NCBI GenBank assembly: GCA_902559605.1
Contig: CACEIC010000001.1
Coordinates: 41,056-105,055, forward strand
Direction of reading: 5' to 3'
Source of the DNA: an uncultured Pelagibacteraceae bacterium
GTDB taxonomy: Bacteria; Pseudomonadota; Alphaproteobacteria; Pelagibacterales; Pelagibacteraceae
DNA length: 64,000 nucleotides
Made by a program: the position numbers and the translations under genes. Within the stretch, counting starts at the first letter, position 1; each line of letters opens with the position of its first letter. The notes beneath the pieces were generated by a model that saw only the letters and a list, made by a program, of their open reading frames with translations, was not told where the DNA came from and ran no database searches. Shown here piece after piece: positions 50,536-61,266 of the stretch.

Positions 50536-51284
50536 TTAAGTCAAAAATTTTTAGAGATCAAAAATCCATTTCACATTATTTTTTCAATAGATTAGGAGGC
50601 ACCTCAAAAGGAATCTACAAAAGCTTAAATTGTGGAAAAGGTTCAAGAGATAAAATTGCTAATATAAGTAAAAATTTAAAAATAGTTTCAAAAAAAATAG
50701 GCTGCACAAGTGAAAATCTAGTTTCTCTTAATCAAATTCACAGTAACAAAGTTTATAAAATAAGTGGTGTTCCAAAAAAAAGATTGACTGGAGATGCGAT
50801 GATCACAAATAAGCAAAATATTGCGATTAGTGTACTCACTGCAGACTGTGCACCGATTCTAATTATAGAAAAAAAGCAAAAATTTGTTGGGGCAATACAT
50901 GCTGGGTGGAAAGGTGCTTTTAAGGGAATAGTAAAAAAAACAATTCAGCTTTTAAAAAAAAATGGATGCTCAGAGAAAGATATGATTGCTTGCATTGGGC
51001 CATGTATAAAAAAAAATAGTTACGAAGTAAAAAATGATTTTTTAAAATTGTTTAAGGATAAAAATAAAAAAAATGTGAATTTCTTCACATTTAAAAAGAA
51101 AAAAATTTATTTTGATTTAAGTAAATATATAAAATCTCAATTTTATGAAAATGGAGTTAAAAAAATAGATATAATAAGGAAAGATACATACGCTCTAAAA
51201 AATAACTTTTTTAGTTCTAGGAGATCAAAAAAAAATAAGCATGCCGATTATGGTAGAAATATTTCTGCAATTATGATTAAATAG
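50532..51284 (+). CDS. pgeF: YfiH/PgeF family protein
   Basis: QIHS, TADCAP, HAGWKG, IGPCI and FFSSRR motifs. Confidence 0.9.
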   Translation: MIKSKIFRDQKSISHYFFNRLGGTSKGIYKSLNCGKGSRDKIANISKNLKIVSKKIGCTSENLVSLNQIHSNKVYKISGVPKKRLTGDAMITNKQNIAISVLTADCAPILIIEKKQKFVGAIHAGWKGAFKGIVKKTIQLLKKNGCSEKDMIACIGPCIKKNSYEVKNDFLKLFKDKNKKNVNFFTFKKKKIYFDLSKYIKSQFYENGVKKIDIIRKDTYALKNNFFSSRRSKKNKHADYGRNISAIMIK

Positions 51285-51294
51285 GATATCTCCA

Positions 51295-52227
51295 ATGAAA
51301 ATTCTCACAGGAAACAGTAATAAACATCTTAGTCAAAAAATATCTAAATTTTTAAAAAATAGACTAGTAAATTCAAATATTAGAAAATTTGCAGACGGAG
51401 AAATCTATATCGAAATTAATGAAAATATTAGAGGCAATAGTATTTTTTTAATTCAATCCGTTTCATCTCCTGCAAATGACAATTTAATGGAATTACTACT
51501 ATCGATTGATGCTTTAAAAAGATCATCAGCAAAGAACATAACTGCTGTGATCCCATATTTTGGATATGCAAGACAAGATAGAAAGGTGGTTCCTAGAACA
51601 TCTATATCTGCAAAACTTGTATCTAATCTTATTGCAAAAGCAGGAGCAGATAGAGTCGTTACAGTTGATTTACACTCTGGACAAATTCAAGGATTTTTTG
51701 ATATTCCAGTAGATAACTTATTTGCAACTCCAATATTTGCTAGACATATAAAAAAGAAATTAAAAAGAAATAATATTATCTGTGTTGCTCCAGATGTCGG
51801 TGGCACCGCAAGAGCAAGGGCTTTAGGAAAATTGTTAAATGTAGATTTAGCAATAGTAGACAAAAGAAGACCTGCTCCTGGAAAGTCAGAAGTAATGAAT
51901 GTAATTGGAAATGTGAAAAATAAAACTTGTGTATTAGTTGATGATATAATCGACTCTGGTGGAACAATTGTAAATGCAGCTTCTGAATTAAAAAAAAGAG
52001 GAGCTAAAGATGTTCATGTATATGTAACACATGGTGTATTAAGTGGTAATGCTGTTGGAAAAATTAAGAAATCCTCGATAAAAAATTTAGTTGTAACTGA
52101 TACAATAGATAATTCAATGAAAGTTAAAAAAGCTAAGAATATTGAGGTATTAACAATCTCTAATTTGGTTGGAGAAGCTATAAAAAGAATATCAAATTCT
52201 ACTTCAGTTTCAGATCTATTTAAATAA
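51295..52227 (+). CDS. prs: Ribose-phosphate pyrophosphokinase
   Basis: FADGE, GYARQDR, DLH and DDIIDSGGT motifs. Confidence 0.97.
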   Translation: MKILTGNSNKHLSQKISKFLKNRLVNSNIRKFADGEIYIEINENIRGNSIFLIQSVSSPANDNLMELLLSIDALKRSSAKNITAVIPYFGYARQDRKVVPRTSISAKLVSNLIAKAGADRVVTVDLHSGQIQGFFDIPVDNLFATPIFARHIKKKLKRNNIICVAPDVGGTARARALGKLLNVDLAIVDKRRPAPGKSEVMNVIGNVKNKTCVLVDDIIDSGGTIVNAASELKKRGAKDVHVYVTHGVLSGNAVGKIKKSSIKNLVVTDTIDNSMKVKKAKNIEVLTISNLVGEAIKRISNSTSVSDLFK

Positions 52228-52272
52228 TTTACTTGTAAAATTTAGTTTCATAAGTTAAAAACCCGACACTTT

Positions 52273-52989
52273 ATGAGTTTATTAGCAGCCACAATAAGAG
52301 ACACAAAAACTAAGGGTGAAGTAAAATCACTTAGAAGTAAAGGTATGGTTCCAGGAATTATTTATGGAGGAGAAGAGCCAAATCAAAAAATCTCTGTCTC
52401 TGTTAAAGAAGTAAAAAATTTATTAAATAAAGAAAATATTTTATCAAATATAATTTCAATTAATATTGATGGGAAAGAACAAAAAGTTTTACCAAGAGTT
52501 ATTGATTTTGATACGGTTACAGATGAGCCCATACATTTAGATTTTTTAAGAATTGTTAAAGGTGCGAAAGTAATTTTAGAAATACCAGTTAAATTTATAA
52601 ATCACGAATTGTCACCAGGATTAAAAAGAGGTGGGGTTTTGAATATTGTAAGACGTAAAGTTGAATTAAGATGTCCTACAGAAAATATACCAACAGAATT
52701 AGTTGTTGATTTAAATAACTTAGATATTGGAGCAAGTATCAAAATATCTTTTATAAATTTACCTGAAAATGTAACACCTACAATTCAAGGAAGAGACTTT
52801 GTAATCGCAACCGTCGCAGCACCAACGGTTGTTAAAGAGCCTGAAAAACCAGCAGAAGCTGAGGGAGAAGGTGGAGAAGCTGCGGAGGCAGCTGCGGATG
52901 GAGATGCTAAAGCTGAAGAAGGTGCAGAAAAAGGTGCAGATGGCGATAAAGGAAAAGAAGAAGGAAAAGCTCCAGCAGAGAAAAAATAA
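52273..52989 (+). CDS. rplY: 50S ribosomal protein L25/Ctc
   Basis: PGIIYGG, HLDFLR, PGLKRGG, acidic tail. Confidence 0.95.
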   Translation: MSLLAATIRDTKTKGEVKSLRSKGMVPGIIYGGEEPNQKISVSVKEVKNLLNKENILSNIISINIDGKEQKVLPRVIDFDTVTDEPIHLDFLRIVKGAKVILEIPVKFINHELSPGLKRGGVLNIVRRKVELRCPTENIPTELVVDLNNLDIGASIKISFINLPENVTPTIQGRDFVIATVAAPTVVKEPEKPAEAEGEGGEAAEAAADGDAKAEEGAEKGADGDKGKEEGKAPAEKK

Positions 52990-53017
52990 TAATCTGTGAA
53001 AATAATAATAAAATAAA

Positions 53018-53578
53018 ATGTTGTTACTCGTAGGTTTGGGCAATCCAACCCCAAACAGTCATAATAATAGACATAATATAGGTTTTAAAGTTGTAGATGC
53101 TATAAATCAAAAATTTAGTCTTTCAAAGCAAAAGCCAAAATTTAAGGGTTTACTTACAACAGGTAATATCGGGGAAAAGAAAATTTATGCTATCAAACCT
53201 CTGACTTTCATGAACAACTCAGGAATATGTATCAGAGAATTGCTTGAATATTTCAAAATAGATGCAGAAGATGTTATTGTTTTTCACGATGATTTAGATG
53301 TAGAGTTTGGAAAAATAAAGGCAAAATTTGGTGGATCAAGTGCAGGTCACAATGGAGTTGCTTCAATTGATAAATTTATTGGAAAAGACTATTCAAGAGT
53401 GAGGATCGGGATTGGAAAGCCAGAGAATAAAATGTCTGTATCAGACTTTGTTTTAAATGATTTTTCTGATGATGAACAAGAACACCTAGAAAAAATTACT
53501 CATAATATAATAGACTCTATTGCTATTTTAATAGATAAAAAATTAGATTTATTCTCAAGCAAAGTTAACAATAATTAA
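53018..53578 (+). CDS. pth: Peptidyl-tRNA hydrolase
   Basis: GLGNP, RHNIGF, TFMNNSG, HDDLD and GHNG motifs. Confidence 0.97.
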   Translation: MLLLVGLGNPTPNSHNNRHNIGFKVVDAINQKFSLSKQKPKFKGLLTTGNIGEKKIYAIKPLTFMNNSGICIRELLEYFKIDAEDVIVFHDDLDVEFGKIKAKFGGSSAGHNGVASIDKFIGKDYSRVRIGIGKPENKMSVSDFVLNDFSDDEQEHLEKITHNIIDSIAILIDKKLDLFSSKVNNN

Positions 53579-54652
53579 ATGGGTTTTAAGTGTGGTATAG
53601 TTGGTTTACCAAATGTTGGTAAATCTACTTTATTTAATGCACTTACAAATTCAAGTAAAGCCCAAGCAGCAAATTTCCCATTCTGTACGATAGATCCAAA
53701 TATAGGTGTAGTTCCTGTACCAGATTATAGGTTAGATGAATTGGTTAAAATTTCAAATTCAAAAAAAAAAATAAATACTACAATATCTTTTGTTGATATA
53801 GCGGGATTAGTAGAGGGAGCCTCTAAAGGCGAAGGATTAGGTAACAAATTCTTATCCCATATAAGAGAAGTAGATGCTGTTATTCATTTAATTAGATGTT
53901 TTGACTCTGATGATATTCAGAATGTAAATCCAACAGTTGATCCAATTAGAGATTTAGAAATAATTGAAACAGAAATGTATTTAGCAGATTTGGAATCTAT
54001 TCAAAAAAGACTAGATAAGAAAAATAAAAAAAATAATGATGAAAATCAAAACCAAATTCTAGAAAGAGCTCAGAATTTAATTAATGATAACGATGATATA
54101 AATAAATTATACGAAGAATTTGATAAAAAAGATGTTAAATTGTCAGGATTATTGTCAACAAAACCTAAATTGTATGTTTGTAATGTTGATGAAAATAGCA
54201 TTGATAAAGGCAATGATTATACAAAAAGTTTTATTGAAAAATATGGTACTAAAAACACTCTAACTATTTCAGCTGAAATAGAAAATCAACTAAATGAACT
54301 AGAAAATGAAGAAAGAAAAAACTATATGAAAATGATCAACGTAGATGATACTGGACTAAATTTATTAATCAAAAAAGGATATGACCTTTTATCTTTAGAG
54401 ACGTTTTTCACTTCAGGAGTTGAGGAGACAAGGGCTTGGACAATTAACAAAAATTGTATGGCTCCTCAAGCAGCAGGTATAATTCATACAGATTTTGAAA
54501 AAGGTTTTATAAGAGCAGAAACTGTGTCTTATCAAGATTTTGTTGGTAGTGGTGGTTGGTTAAAATCAAGAGAAAACGGCAAAATGAGATTAGAAGGCAA
54601 AGATTATATCGTTAAAGATGGAGATGTTCTAAACTTTAGATTCAACACGTGA
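53579..54652 (+). CDS. ychF: Ribosome-binding ATPase YchF
   Basis: GLPNVGKST, FCTIDPN, DIAGLV and IHTDFEKGFIRAE motifs. Confidence 0.97.
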   Translation: MGFKCGIVGLPNVGKSTLFNALTNSSKAQAANFPFCTIDPNIGVVPVPDYRLDELVKISNSKKKINTTISFVDIAGLVEGASKGEGLGNKFLSHIREVDAVIHLIRCFDSDDIQNVNPTVDPIRDLEIIETEMYLADLESIQKRLDKKNKKNNDENQNQILERAQNLINDNDDINKLYEEFDKKDVKLSGLLSTKPKLYVCNVDENSIDKGNDYTKSFIEKYGTKNTLTISAEIENQLNELENEERKNYMKMINVDDTGLNLLIKKGYDLLSLETFFTSGVEETRAWTINKNCMAPQAAGIIHTDFEKGFIRAETVSYQDFVGSGGWLKSRENGKMRLEGKDYIVKDGDVLNFRFNT

Positions 54653-55411
54653 CCATATCTTCTTCATAGTAAAGTAAACCAATACAGTCAATATTATCAA
54701 ATAAGCTATAACTCTAAATCCTGTTTTATGTCTTTGCTCTAAATGTGGTTCTGCTGACCACATCAGAAAATTTGTAACATCTTTAGACATTTGCTCAGCT
54801 GTTGCTTTTGTTCCATCTGTATACTCAATTAAATCATCGGATAAAGGAGCTGGCATTTTAATTTTATTACCATACATATACTTGTTGTAATAAACACCAT
54901 CATCAAGTTCTACACCCTCTGGTGGTTCAGAATATCCTAACAGTAAGGAATAAATATAATCTGCTCCGCCCTTTCTTGCCTTAACTAGAACAGACATATC
55001 TGGTGGATAAGCGCCACCATTAGCAGCTTTAGCTTCTTGCTCATTAGCATATGGCATCACAAATTTATCAGACAATTTGGCTGGTCTTACAAACATTTCT
55101 CCAGTGCTGTCAGGACCATCTGTTACCTCAAAACTTGCAGCTATTGCTTTGGCCTCTGCTTCAGAAAATTCTGGTCCACCCTTTTCTGCTAAATTTCTAT
55201 AGGTTAAATATTTCATAGAATGACAAGATGCACATACTTCAGTATATACTTGATAACCCCTTTGAAGTGATGCTCTATCAAATTTTCCAAAGAGACCTTT
55301 AAAAGTCCATTTAGTCTCTAAAAAAGGAGGTGTTTTTTCAGCAGAGTTAGATGAATTTAGTACTATAACTGAGAATATTAATACAAAAAAAATATTTTTT
55401 AACTTTCTCAC
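54629..55411 (-). CDS. petC: Cytochrome c1
   Basis: CASCH, PPDMS, IKMPAPL, C-terminal TM helix. Confidence 0.95.
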   Translation of the reverse strand: MRKLKNIFFVLIFSVIVLNSSNSAEKTPPFLETKWTFKGLFGKFDRASLQRGYQVYTEVCASCHSMKYLTYRNLAEKGGPEFSEAEAKAIAASFEVTDGPDSTGEMFVRPAKLSDKFVMPYANEQEAKAANGGAYPPDMSVLVKARKGGADYIYSLLLGYSEPPEGVELDDGVYYNKYMYGNKIKMPAPLSDDLIEYTDGTKATAEQMSKDVTNFLMWSAEPHLEQRHKTGFRVIAYLIILTVLVYFTMKKIWSRVESKV

Positions 55412-56679
55412 TTTATTGTTTTTTCTATTTTTTCATCACTCCTTGCTGCAGCTAAATTTGGCGAGCCTCCTAAAACTGGCTCGGTAATACTCAAAGGCAG
55501 CGGGGTAGTTTTTTCTTTCCATCCTAAAACTGGAAGAATAATTAAAAAATGCGCAAAATAATATGCTGTAGCAACTCTTGCAATTAACAAGTACAATCCT
55601 TCTGCTGGCATCGCCCCTACATATCCTAGAATTAAAACATCAGCTACCAAGATCCAGTAGAACTGTCTAAATAATGGTCTGAAAACCGCTGATCTAACTT
55701 TTGAAGTATCCAACCATGGTAAAGCAGCTAAAATTAAAATAGCTGATAACATAGCGACAACACCCATAAGTTTATCAGGAACAGATCTTAAGATCGCATA
55801 AAAAGGTAATAAGTACCACTCAGGAACTATATGAGCAGGAGTAACAAGTGGATCCGCCTCGATATAATTATCAGCATGACCTAAAATATTTGGCTGATAA
55901 AATACAAACAACGCAAAAACAATACAAAACATTAATAACGCAAAAGCATCTTTAATTACGATGTATGGATGAAACGGAACTGTATCTTTAGAAGGTTTTT
56001 TAATATCAATACCAACTGGATTGTTATTACCAGGAACATGTAATGCCCATATGTGAAGCACTACAAGCCCTAGTATTAAAAACGGTATCAAGTAATGAAG
56101 AGTAAAAAATCTTGTTAGAGTTGGATTGTCAACTGAGTAACCACCCCATAACCAAGTTGTTATACTCTCCCCCACAAGTGGAATTGCGCTAAATAAATTT
56201 GTTATTACTGTTGCTCCCCAAAAACTCATTTGTCCCCAAGGAAGAACATATCCCATAAAAGCAGCTGCCATCATTAGCAGATAAATTATAATTCCAAGTA
56301 TCCAAATTATTTCTCTAGGAGATTTATATGATCCGTAAAATAAAGATCTAAAAATATGAATATAAACTGCAAGGAAAAACATAGAAGCACCATTTGCGTG
56401 AACATATCTTAACAACCATCCATAATTCACATCTCTCATTATATGTTCGACACTGCTGAATGCCATATCTGCATGAGCAATGTAGTGCATAGCCAAAACT
56501 AATCCTGTAACTATTTGGGTAATTAAGCAAAAAGTTAATATCCCACCAAAAGTCCACCAGTAATTTAAATTTTTTGGTGTAGGGTAATCTGTTAAGTGAT
56601 TTGCCAATGTAAGCAAAGGCAGTCTATCATTAAACCATTTACCAAATTTAGAACTAGGTGTGTATTCGTGATCACTCAT
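55408..56679 (-). CDS. petB: Cytochrome b
   Basis: [16 protein letters not shown] and PEWY motifs. Confidence 0.98.
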   Translation of the reverse strand: MSDHEYTPSSKFGKWFNDRLPLLTLANHLTDYPTPKNLNYWWTFGGILTFCLITQIVTGLVLAMHYIAHADMAFSSVEHIMRDVNYGWLLRYVHANGASMFFLAVYIHIFRSLFYGSYKSPREIIWILGIIIYLLMMAAAFMGYVLPWGQMSFWGATVITNLFSAIPLVGESITTWLWGGYSVDNPTLTRFFTLHYLIPFLILGLVVLHIWALHVPGNNNPVGIDIKKPSKDTVPFHPYIVIKDAFALLMFCIVFALFVFYQPNILGHADNYIEADPLVTPAHIVPEWYLLPFYAILRSVPDKLMGVVAMLSAILILAALPWLDTSKVRSAVFRPLFRQFYWILVADVLILGYVGAMPAEGLYLLIARVATAYYFAHFLIILPVLGWKEKTTPLPLSITEPVLGGSPNLAAARSDEKIEKTIK

Positions 56680-56681
56680 AT

Positions 56682-57203
56682 TTATCCAATCTTAATCGTG
56701 TTAGTATTTACAAATTCGTATTTAGGTATCTCCATATTAGTTGGAGCTGGACCTTTTCTAATTCTGCCAGATGTATCATAATGAGAACCATGACAAGGAC
56801 AAAACCAACCATCATAATCACCTTTATCTGTTAATGGAACACATCCTAGATGTGTACAAATTCCAAGCATCACTAACCATTCAGGATTTTTTGCTCTATC
56901 CTCATCTTTTTCTGGATGCTTAAGATCATTAATGTCAACTGCTCTCGCTTTTTTAATTTCATCATCCGTTCTTCTCTTTATAAAAACAGGTTTACCTCTC
57001 CAAAGAACTGTCAAAGATTGTCCGGGTTGCATTGAACTCACATCTACTTCTGTGCTTGCTAATGCTTTTACAGAGGCATCTGGGTTCATTTGATCGACTA
57101 ATGGCCAAACAGCAGCACCTACTCCAACTGCACCTGCTGCGGCAGTAGCAGTAAACAAGAAATCTCTTCTGTTGGTCTTTTTTTCGTCTTTTTGATCTGA
57201 CAT
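56682..57203 (-). CDS. petA: Ubiquinol-cytochrome c reductase Rieske subunit
   Basis: Tat motif NRRDFL; CTHLGC and CPCHGS. Confidence 0.97.
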   Translation of the reverse strand: MSDQKDEKKTNRRDFLFTATAAAGAVGVGAAVWPLVDQMNPDASVKALASTEVDVSSMQPGQSLTVLWRGKPVFIKRRTDDEIKKARAVDINDLKHPEKDEDRAKNPEWLVMLGICTHLGCVPLTDKGDYDGWFCPCHGSHYDTSGRIRKGPAPTNMEIPKYEFVNTNTIKIG

Positions 57204-57263
57204 CTTTAATATTTTATAACTTTGGTAATATATGATTTCATATAATAAAAAAGAGATATTTCT

Positions 57264-57740
57264 ATGGTAACAATGACACAGAAACCTTTAAAACACGGTC
57301 TAAAAGTAGCTCTATATCAGCCGGATATTCCTCAAAATACAGCTTCAATTATTCGAACTTGTTCTTGCCTAGGGGCTAGTTTAGAAATCATTGAACCTTG
57401 TGGGTTTTTATTTAGCGATAAAAGGTTCAAGAGAGTTGTTATGGATTATTTAGATTACAGTGAAATTAAATTTTACAAGAGCCCTAAAGAATTCTTTGAT
57501 GAAAATAGTAAAAATAGAGTAGTTTTAATGACGACAAAAGCTAGCAAAGTTTATACAAAGTTTAAATTTAAGCGTAATGATATATTGCTCTTTGGCAGAG
57601 AAAGTGCTGGTGTTCCAGAAGATGTACATTCTAAGGTTAATGAAAGAATTAAGATTCCAATGATAAAAAATAAAAGATCGTTAAACATTTCAATATCAGT
57701 GGCTATTGGAGCTTCAGAATTTATAAGACAGTTAGGTTAA
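57264..57740 (+). CDS. trmL: tRNA (cytidine/uridine-34 2'-O)-methyltransferase
   Basis: PDIPQNT, MDY, FGRESAG and RSLN motifs. Confidence 0.93.
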   Translation: MVTMTQKPLKHGLKVALYQPDIPQNTASIIRTCSCLGASLEIIEPCGFLFSDKRFKRVVMDYLDYSEIKFYKSPKEFFDENSKNRVVLMTTKASKVYTKFKFKRNDILLFGRESAGVPEDVHSKVNERIKIPMIKNKRSLNISISVAIGASEFIRQLG

Positions 57741-58565
57741 ATGGATCAATACATAAAAAAGAAATTAGCAAAAAATTGGTTTAAAACTTTACAAGAAGTA
57801 CTTTGTAGAGAAATAGAGGAAAAAGAGGGCAAAAAAACCAAATTTAAAATTACTAATTGGAATAGAAGTAAAAGTAATGATGAAGGTGGAGGACAATATA
57901 GAATTTTAGAAAATGGAAAAATTTTTGATAAAGTTGGAGTAAATTTTTCAGAAGTTTATGGAAAATTTTCAAATGAACTTAAAAATAAAGTTCCAGGTAC
58001 TAAAACAAGCTCTAAATTTTGGGCATCAGGAATATCTGTTGTTATGCATATGAAAAATCCTCATGTGCCCGCAATGCATTTTAACACAAGGTATATAGTT
58101 ACTTCATTTGGTTGGTTTGGAGGTGGAATGGACGTTACACCTTGTATGAAAGATAAGAAATTAGAAAATTGGTTTCACTCAGAACTAAAAAAATCATGTA
58201 ATAAACACAACAAAAATTATTACAAAAAATATAAAAAGTGGTGTGATGAATATTTTTATTTACCGCACAGGAAAGAGCCTAGAGGTATTGGCGGAATTTT
58301 TTTTGATTATAAAAAAAGTAATTGGGAAAAAGATTTTTCTTTTGTTAGAGAAGTGGGAATAAGTTTTAAAAACATTTCTAATGAAATAATTGAGAAAAAA
58401 GATAAATTAAAATGGACAATTAAAGATAAAGAAATCCAATACAAAAAAAGAGGTAGATATGTTGAATTTAATTTATTACATGATAGAGGGACAAAATTTG
58501 GTTTACAAACTGGTGGAAATGTTGAAGCTATACTTATGTCATTACCACCAACAGCTAAATGGTAA
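57741..58565 (+). CDS. hemF: Oxygen-dependent coproporphyrinogen III oxidase
   Basis: HFNTR, WFGGGMD, RGIGGIFFD and RGRYVEFNL motifs. Confidence 0.96.
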   Translation: MDQYIKKKLAKNWFKTLQEVLCREIEEKEGKKTKFKITNWNRSKSNDEGGGQYRILENGKIFDKVGVNFSEVYGKFSNELKNKVPGTKTSSKFWASGISVVMHMKNPHVPAMHFNTRYIVTSFGWFGGGMDVTPCMKDKKLENWFHSELKKSCNKHNKNYYKKYKKWCDEYFYLPHRKEPRGIGGIFFDYKKSNWEKDFSFVREVGISFKNISNEIIEKKDKLKWTIKDKEIQYKKRGRYVEFNLLHDRGTKFGLQTGGNVEAILMSLPPTAKW

Positions 58566-58568
58566 ATT

Positions 58569-59045
58569 ATGGATAAAGAACCAATTACTACTGAAGGATT
58601 AGAAAAATTAAAAAGTGAATTAATTTTTTTAAAAGAAAAAAAGAGACCTGAAATTGTTGCAGCCATTGCTGAAGCAAGATCACATGGAGATTTGAAAGAA
58701 AATGCTGAATATCATGCTGCAAAAGAACAGCAATCACATAATGAGGGAAGAATTCAAGAAGTTGAGGATTTAATTGCGAGAGCAAATGTAATTGATATCA
58801 CCAAGATTAGTAATGATGGAAAAGTGATATTTGGATCTACAGTCTACCTTCAAAATTTAGATACAAATGAAAAAATAAATTACAAAATTGTTGGTAAAGA
58901 CGAGGCAGATCTAAAACAAAAGCTTCTTTATTTTCAATCACCAATAGGAAAAGGTCTCATAGGTAAAAATAGAGGGGATCTTGTAGAGATAAACACACCA
59001 GCAGGGACAAAAAATTTTGAGATTGTAGACGTAAAATACGTTTAA
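58569..59045 (+). CDS. greA: Transcription elongation factor GreA
   Basis: [17 protein letters not shown] and SPIG motifs. Confidence 0.97.
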   Translation: MDKEPITTEGLEKLKSELIFLKEKKRPEIVAAIAEARSHGDLKENAEYHAAKEQQSHNEGRIQEVEDLIARANVIDITKISNDGKVIFGSTVYLQNLDTNEKINYKIVGKDEADLKQKLLYFQSPIGKGLIGKNRGDLVEINTPAGTKNFEIVDVKYV

Positions 59046-60313
59046 TTTGATAAAACTTGTTCCATATCTTTTTTTGATAAATTAAAATTATTTTCAATCC
59101 ATTTCATTTCTAAATTTTTTAATTTTTGACCCAATTCCCTTCCCTCCTTTAATCCATAATCATTTATTAATAACTGAGCTTTTATTGGAAATTCTGGTTT
59201 ATCTAATTTTTCAAAGTAAGTTTTTAATTCTGAAAGTTTTTTACTTTGTTTAAAATATAACAAATTAAAATCAATTAAATCGATTGTGCTGGATTTACCT
59301 TCATAATAAAATATTTTTTGTAAATCTTTCTTGTTAAAAATTTTAGTACTATCTTTATTGAGTGAATTATTTTTTAGAAAATTAATTTTATCTTTTAACT
59401 CATTGGGTAAATTATATTTATATGTAAAATAGTCAGAATTGTCAGTTTCATCGATTACAAGAAAAGAAATGACGAAATTTAAACTTTTATTTTTAAATAT
59501 CTTTTCTTGTGGTTTTGATAACTTGCTCAATTTTTTAAAGTTTTTTAGTTGAGGAAAAATTAATGAAAATAATTCACAAGAGGTTTTATTTTTAAATAAC
59601 TTTAAAAAGTTATCCAATTTGAGAATTTTTTTTAATTCATTGAATTGTCTTTCTTTTGATATTTTTCCTAAACCCTCTATATTTTTTTTAATGATTTTTA
59701 TTATATTAATTTCATGATCGATTTTGCTATATTCAGTATAAAATCTTAAATATCTAATAATTCTTAAATAATCTTCTTTTATTCTAGTTTCTGGATCACC
59801 TATAAATTTAATTATTCCATCATTTAAATCTTTATGACCAGAATTTGGATCATATAAATTCCCGTCTAAATCTGAATATATTGAATTTATTGAAAAATCT
59901 CTCCTTAATGAATCTTCCTTCCAATTAGTTGTATATTCTACGACAGCATGCCTTCCATCTGTTTTTACATCTTTTCTTAATGTTGTAATTTCAAAATTTT
60001 GATCATCAATCACTGCTGTGATTGTGCCATGTTCAATTCCTGTTTCAAAAAACTTTATTTGGTTTTTATCCAAACATTGCTTAACCTGATCAGGCGTTAA
60101 ATTAGTTGCAAGGTCGATATCATCTGTTTTTTCATCATTTAAAATTTTTCTTACACAACCACCAACATATCTAATTTCGCTGGTTTCATTGTGGTTGTTT
60201 AGTGCACTAAATATTTTCTTTACACCCTTATTAATTTTTAAATTTAGAAATTTGAGATCTTTATCGCTTGAAATTTTTTTGTTTTGAAAAATTTTTTTAA
60301 GTAAAGCTTTCAT
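59042..60313 (-). CDS. cca: CCA tRNA nucleotidyltransferase (class II)
   Basis: VGGCVR, DIDLAT, EITTLR, RRDFSIN and EDYLRIIR motifs. Confidence 0.9.
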   Translation of the reverse strand: MKALLKKIFQNKKISSDKDLKFLNLKINKGVKKIFSALNNHNETSEIRYVGGCVRKILNDEKTDDIDLATNLTPDQVKQCLDKNQIKFFETGIEHGTITAVIDDQNFEITTLRKDVKTDGRHAVVEYTTNWKEDSLRRDFSINSIYSDLDGNLYDPNSGHKDLNDGIIKFIGDPETRIKEDYLRIIRYLRFYTEYSKIDHEINIIKIIKKNIEGLGKISKERQFNELKKILKLDNFLKLFKNKTSCELFSLIFPQLKNFKKLSKLSKPQEKIFKNKSLNFVISFLVIDETDNSDYFTYKYNLPNELKDKINFLKNNSLNKDSTKIFNKKDLQKIFYYEGKSSTIDLIDFNLLYFKQSKKLSELKTYFEKLDKPEFPIKAQLLINDYGLKEGRELGQKLKNLEMKWIENNFNLSKKDMEQVLSN

Positions 60314-60316
60314 AAA

Positions 60317-60391
60317 TGGCTGGGGTGCTAGGATTCGAACCTAGGAATGGCGGTACCAAAAACCGCTGCCTTACCACTTGGCTACACCCCA
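60317..60391 (-). tRNA. tRNA-Gln (UUG)
   Basis: TGGGGTGTAGCCAAGTGGTAAGGCAGCGGTTTTTGGTACCGCCATTCCTAGGTTCGAATCCTAGCACCCCAGCCA; U1-A72 pair, G73 discriminator. Confidence 0.96.
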
Positions 60392-60423
60392 AGATGTTTT
60401 TCGTATAACACAAAAAAAAAGCT

Positions 60424-61266
60424 TTATATAGTTTTAGAGTAAATACACCAATAGTTTTTATATTTATTTTTTAATTTTTTTTGAGCTTTTATAGCCGCAT
60501 TTTTGGTTAAAAAATAACCAATTATAGTCGAACCCGACCCTGTCATATTTGCAAAGTAAATATTATCTAAATTTTGCAAGTAACTTTTGATCTTTCTTAA
60601 AATTGGATATTTAGTAAAAGCTGCTAGCTCTAAATCGTTATTTGAAACTTTTAATAGATCTTGTCTGTCAATCTTGTTTGAACTATTGAATAGGCTCTTT
60701 GAAAATCCTTTGTGTTTTGCATAAATCATCTTAGTCGAACATCCAAAATTAGGCTTTACTATTAACAAATGAAAATTTAATTTTTTGTTAATTTTACTTA
60801 TATTTTGCCCTTGTAGGATCATTGGACTTTCATAGAGACCCAAAATTACATCTGAGCCAACTTTATTTGCAATTTTTATTAAATTATTTTTTGTAGTTTT
60901 AATTATTCTTTTTTTAAATAAAAAGTTCAAAATGGATGCAGCATTCATTGATCCTCCTCCCATACCAGAGGATTGGGGTATATTTTTTTTTACTTTGATA
61001 TTGAATTTTTTATTTTTAATATAATTATGATTATTTAATATTTTTAGTAGTTTTGAGATTGTATTTGTATTTGAAATATTTGAGGAAAATTTCCCACTAA
61101 ATGATATTCTATTTTTTGAACCTTGAATCTCTTTTATTGAAATCTCATCAGCCAAATTAATCTTAGATATTAAACTTTCAATTTTATGATAACCATTTGA
61201 GTATTTATTTAGAATTTTTAAAGTTAGGTTAACTTTTGCAAAAGATTTTATTTTATGAAACTTCAT
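60424..61266 (-). CDS. ispE: 4-diphosphocytidyl-2-C-methyl-D-erythritol kinase
   Basis: AKVNL, KNIPxxSGMGGGS, GSDV, NDLE and MTGSGS motifs. Confidence 0.93.
   Translation of the reverse strand: MKFHKIKSFAKVNLTLKILNKYSNGYHKIESLISKINLADEISIKEIQGSKNRISFSGKFSSNISNTNTISKLLKILNNHNYIKNKKFNIKVKKNIPQSSGMGGGSMNAASILNFLFKKRIIKTTKNNLIKIANKVGSDVILGLYESPMILQGQNISKINKKLNFHLLIVKPNFGCSTKMIYAKHKGFSKSLFNSSNKIDRQDLLKVSNNDLELAAFTKYPILRKIKSYLQNLDNIYFANMTGSGSTIIGYFLTKNAAIKAQKKLKNKYKNYWCIYSKTI

Noticed and set aside
52840-52985. GC-richer repetitive stretch (GCAGAA/GAAGGT units)
   Set aside because: It encodes the ordinary Ala/Glu/Gly/Lys low-complexity tail of L25/Ctc.
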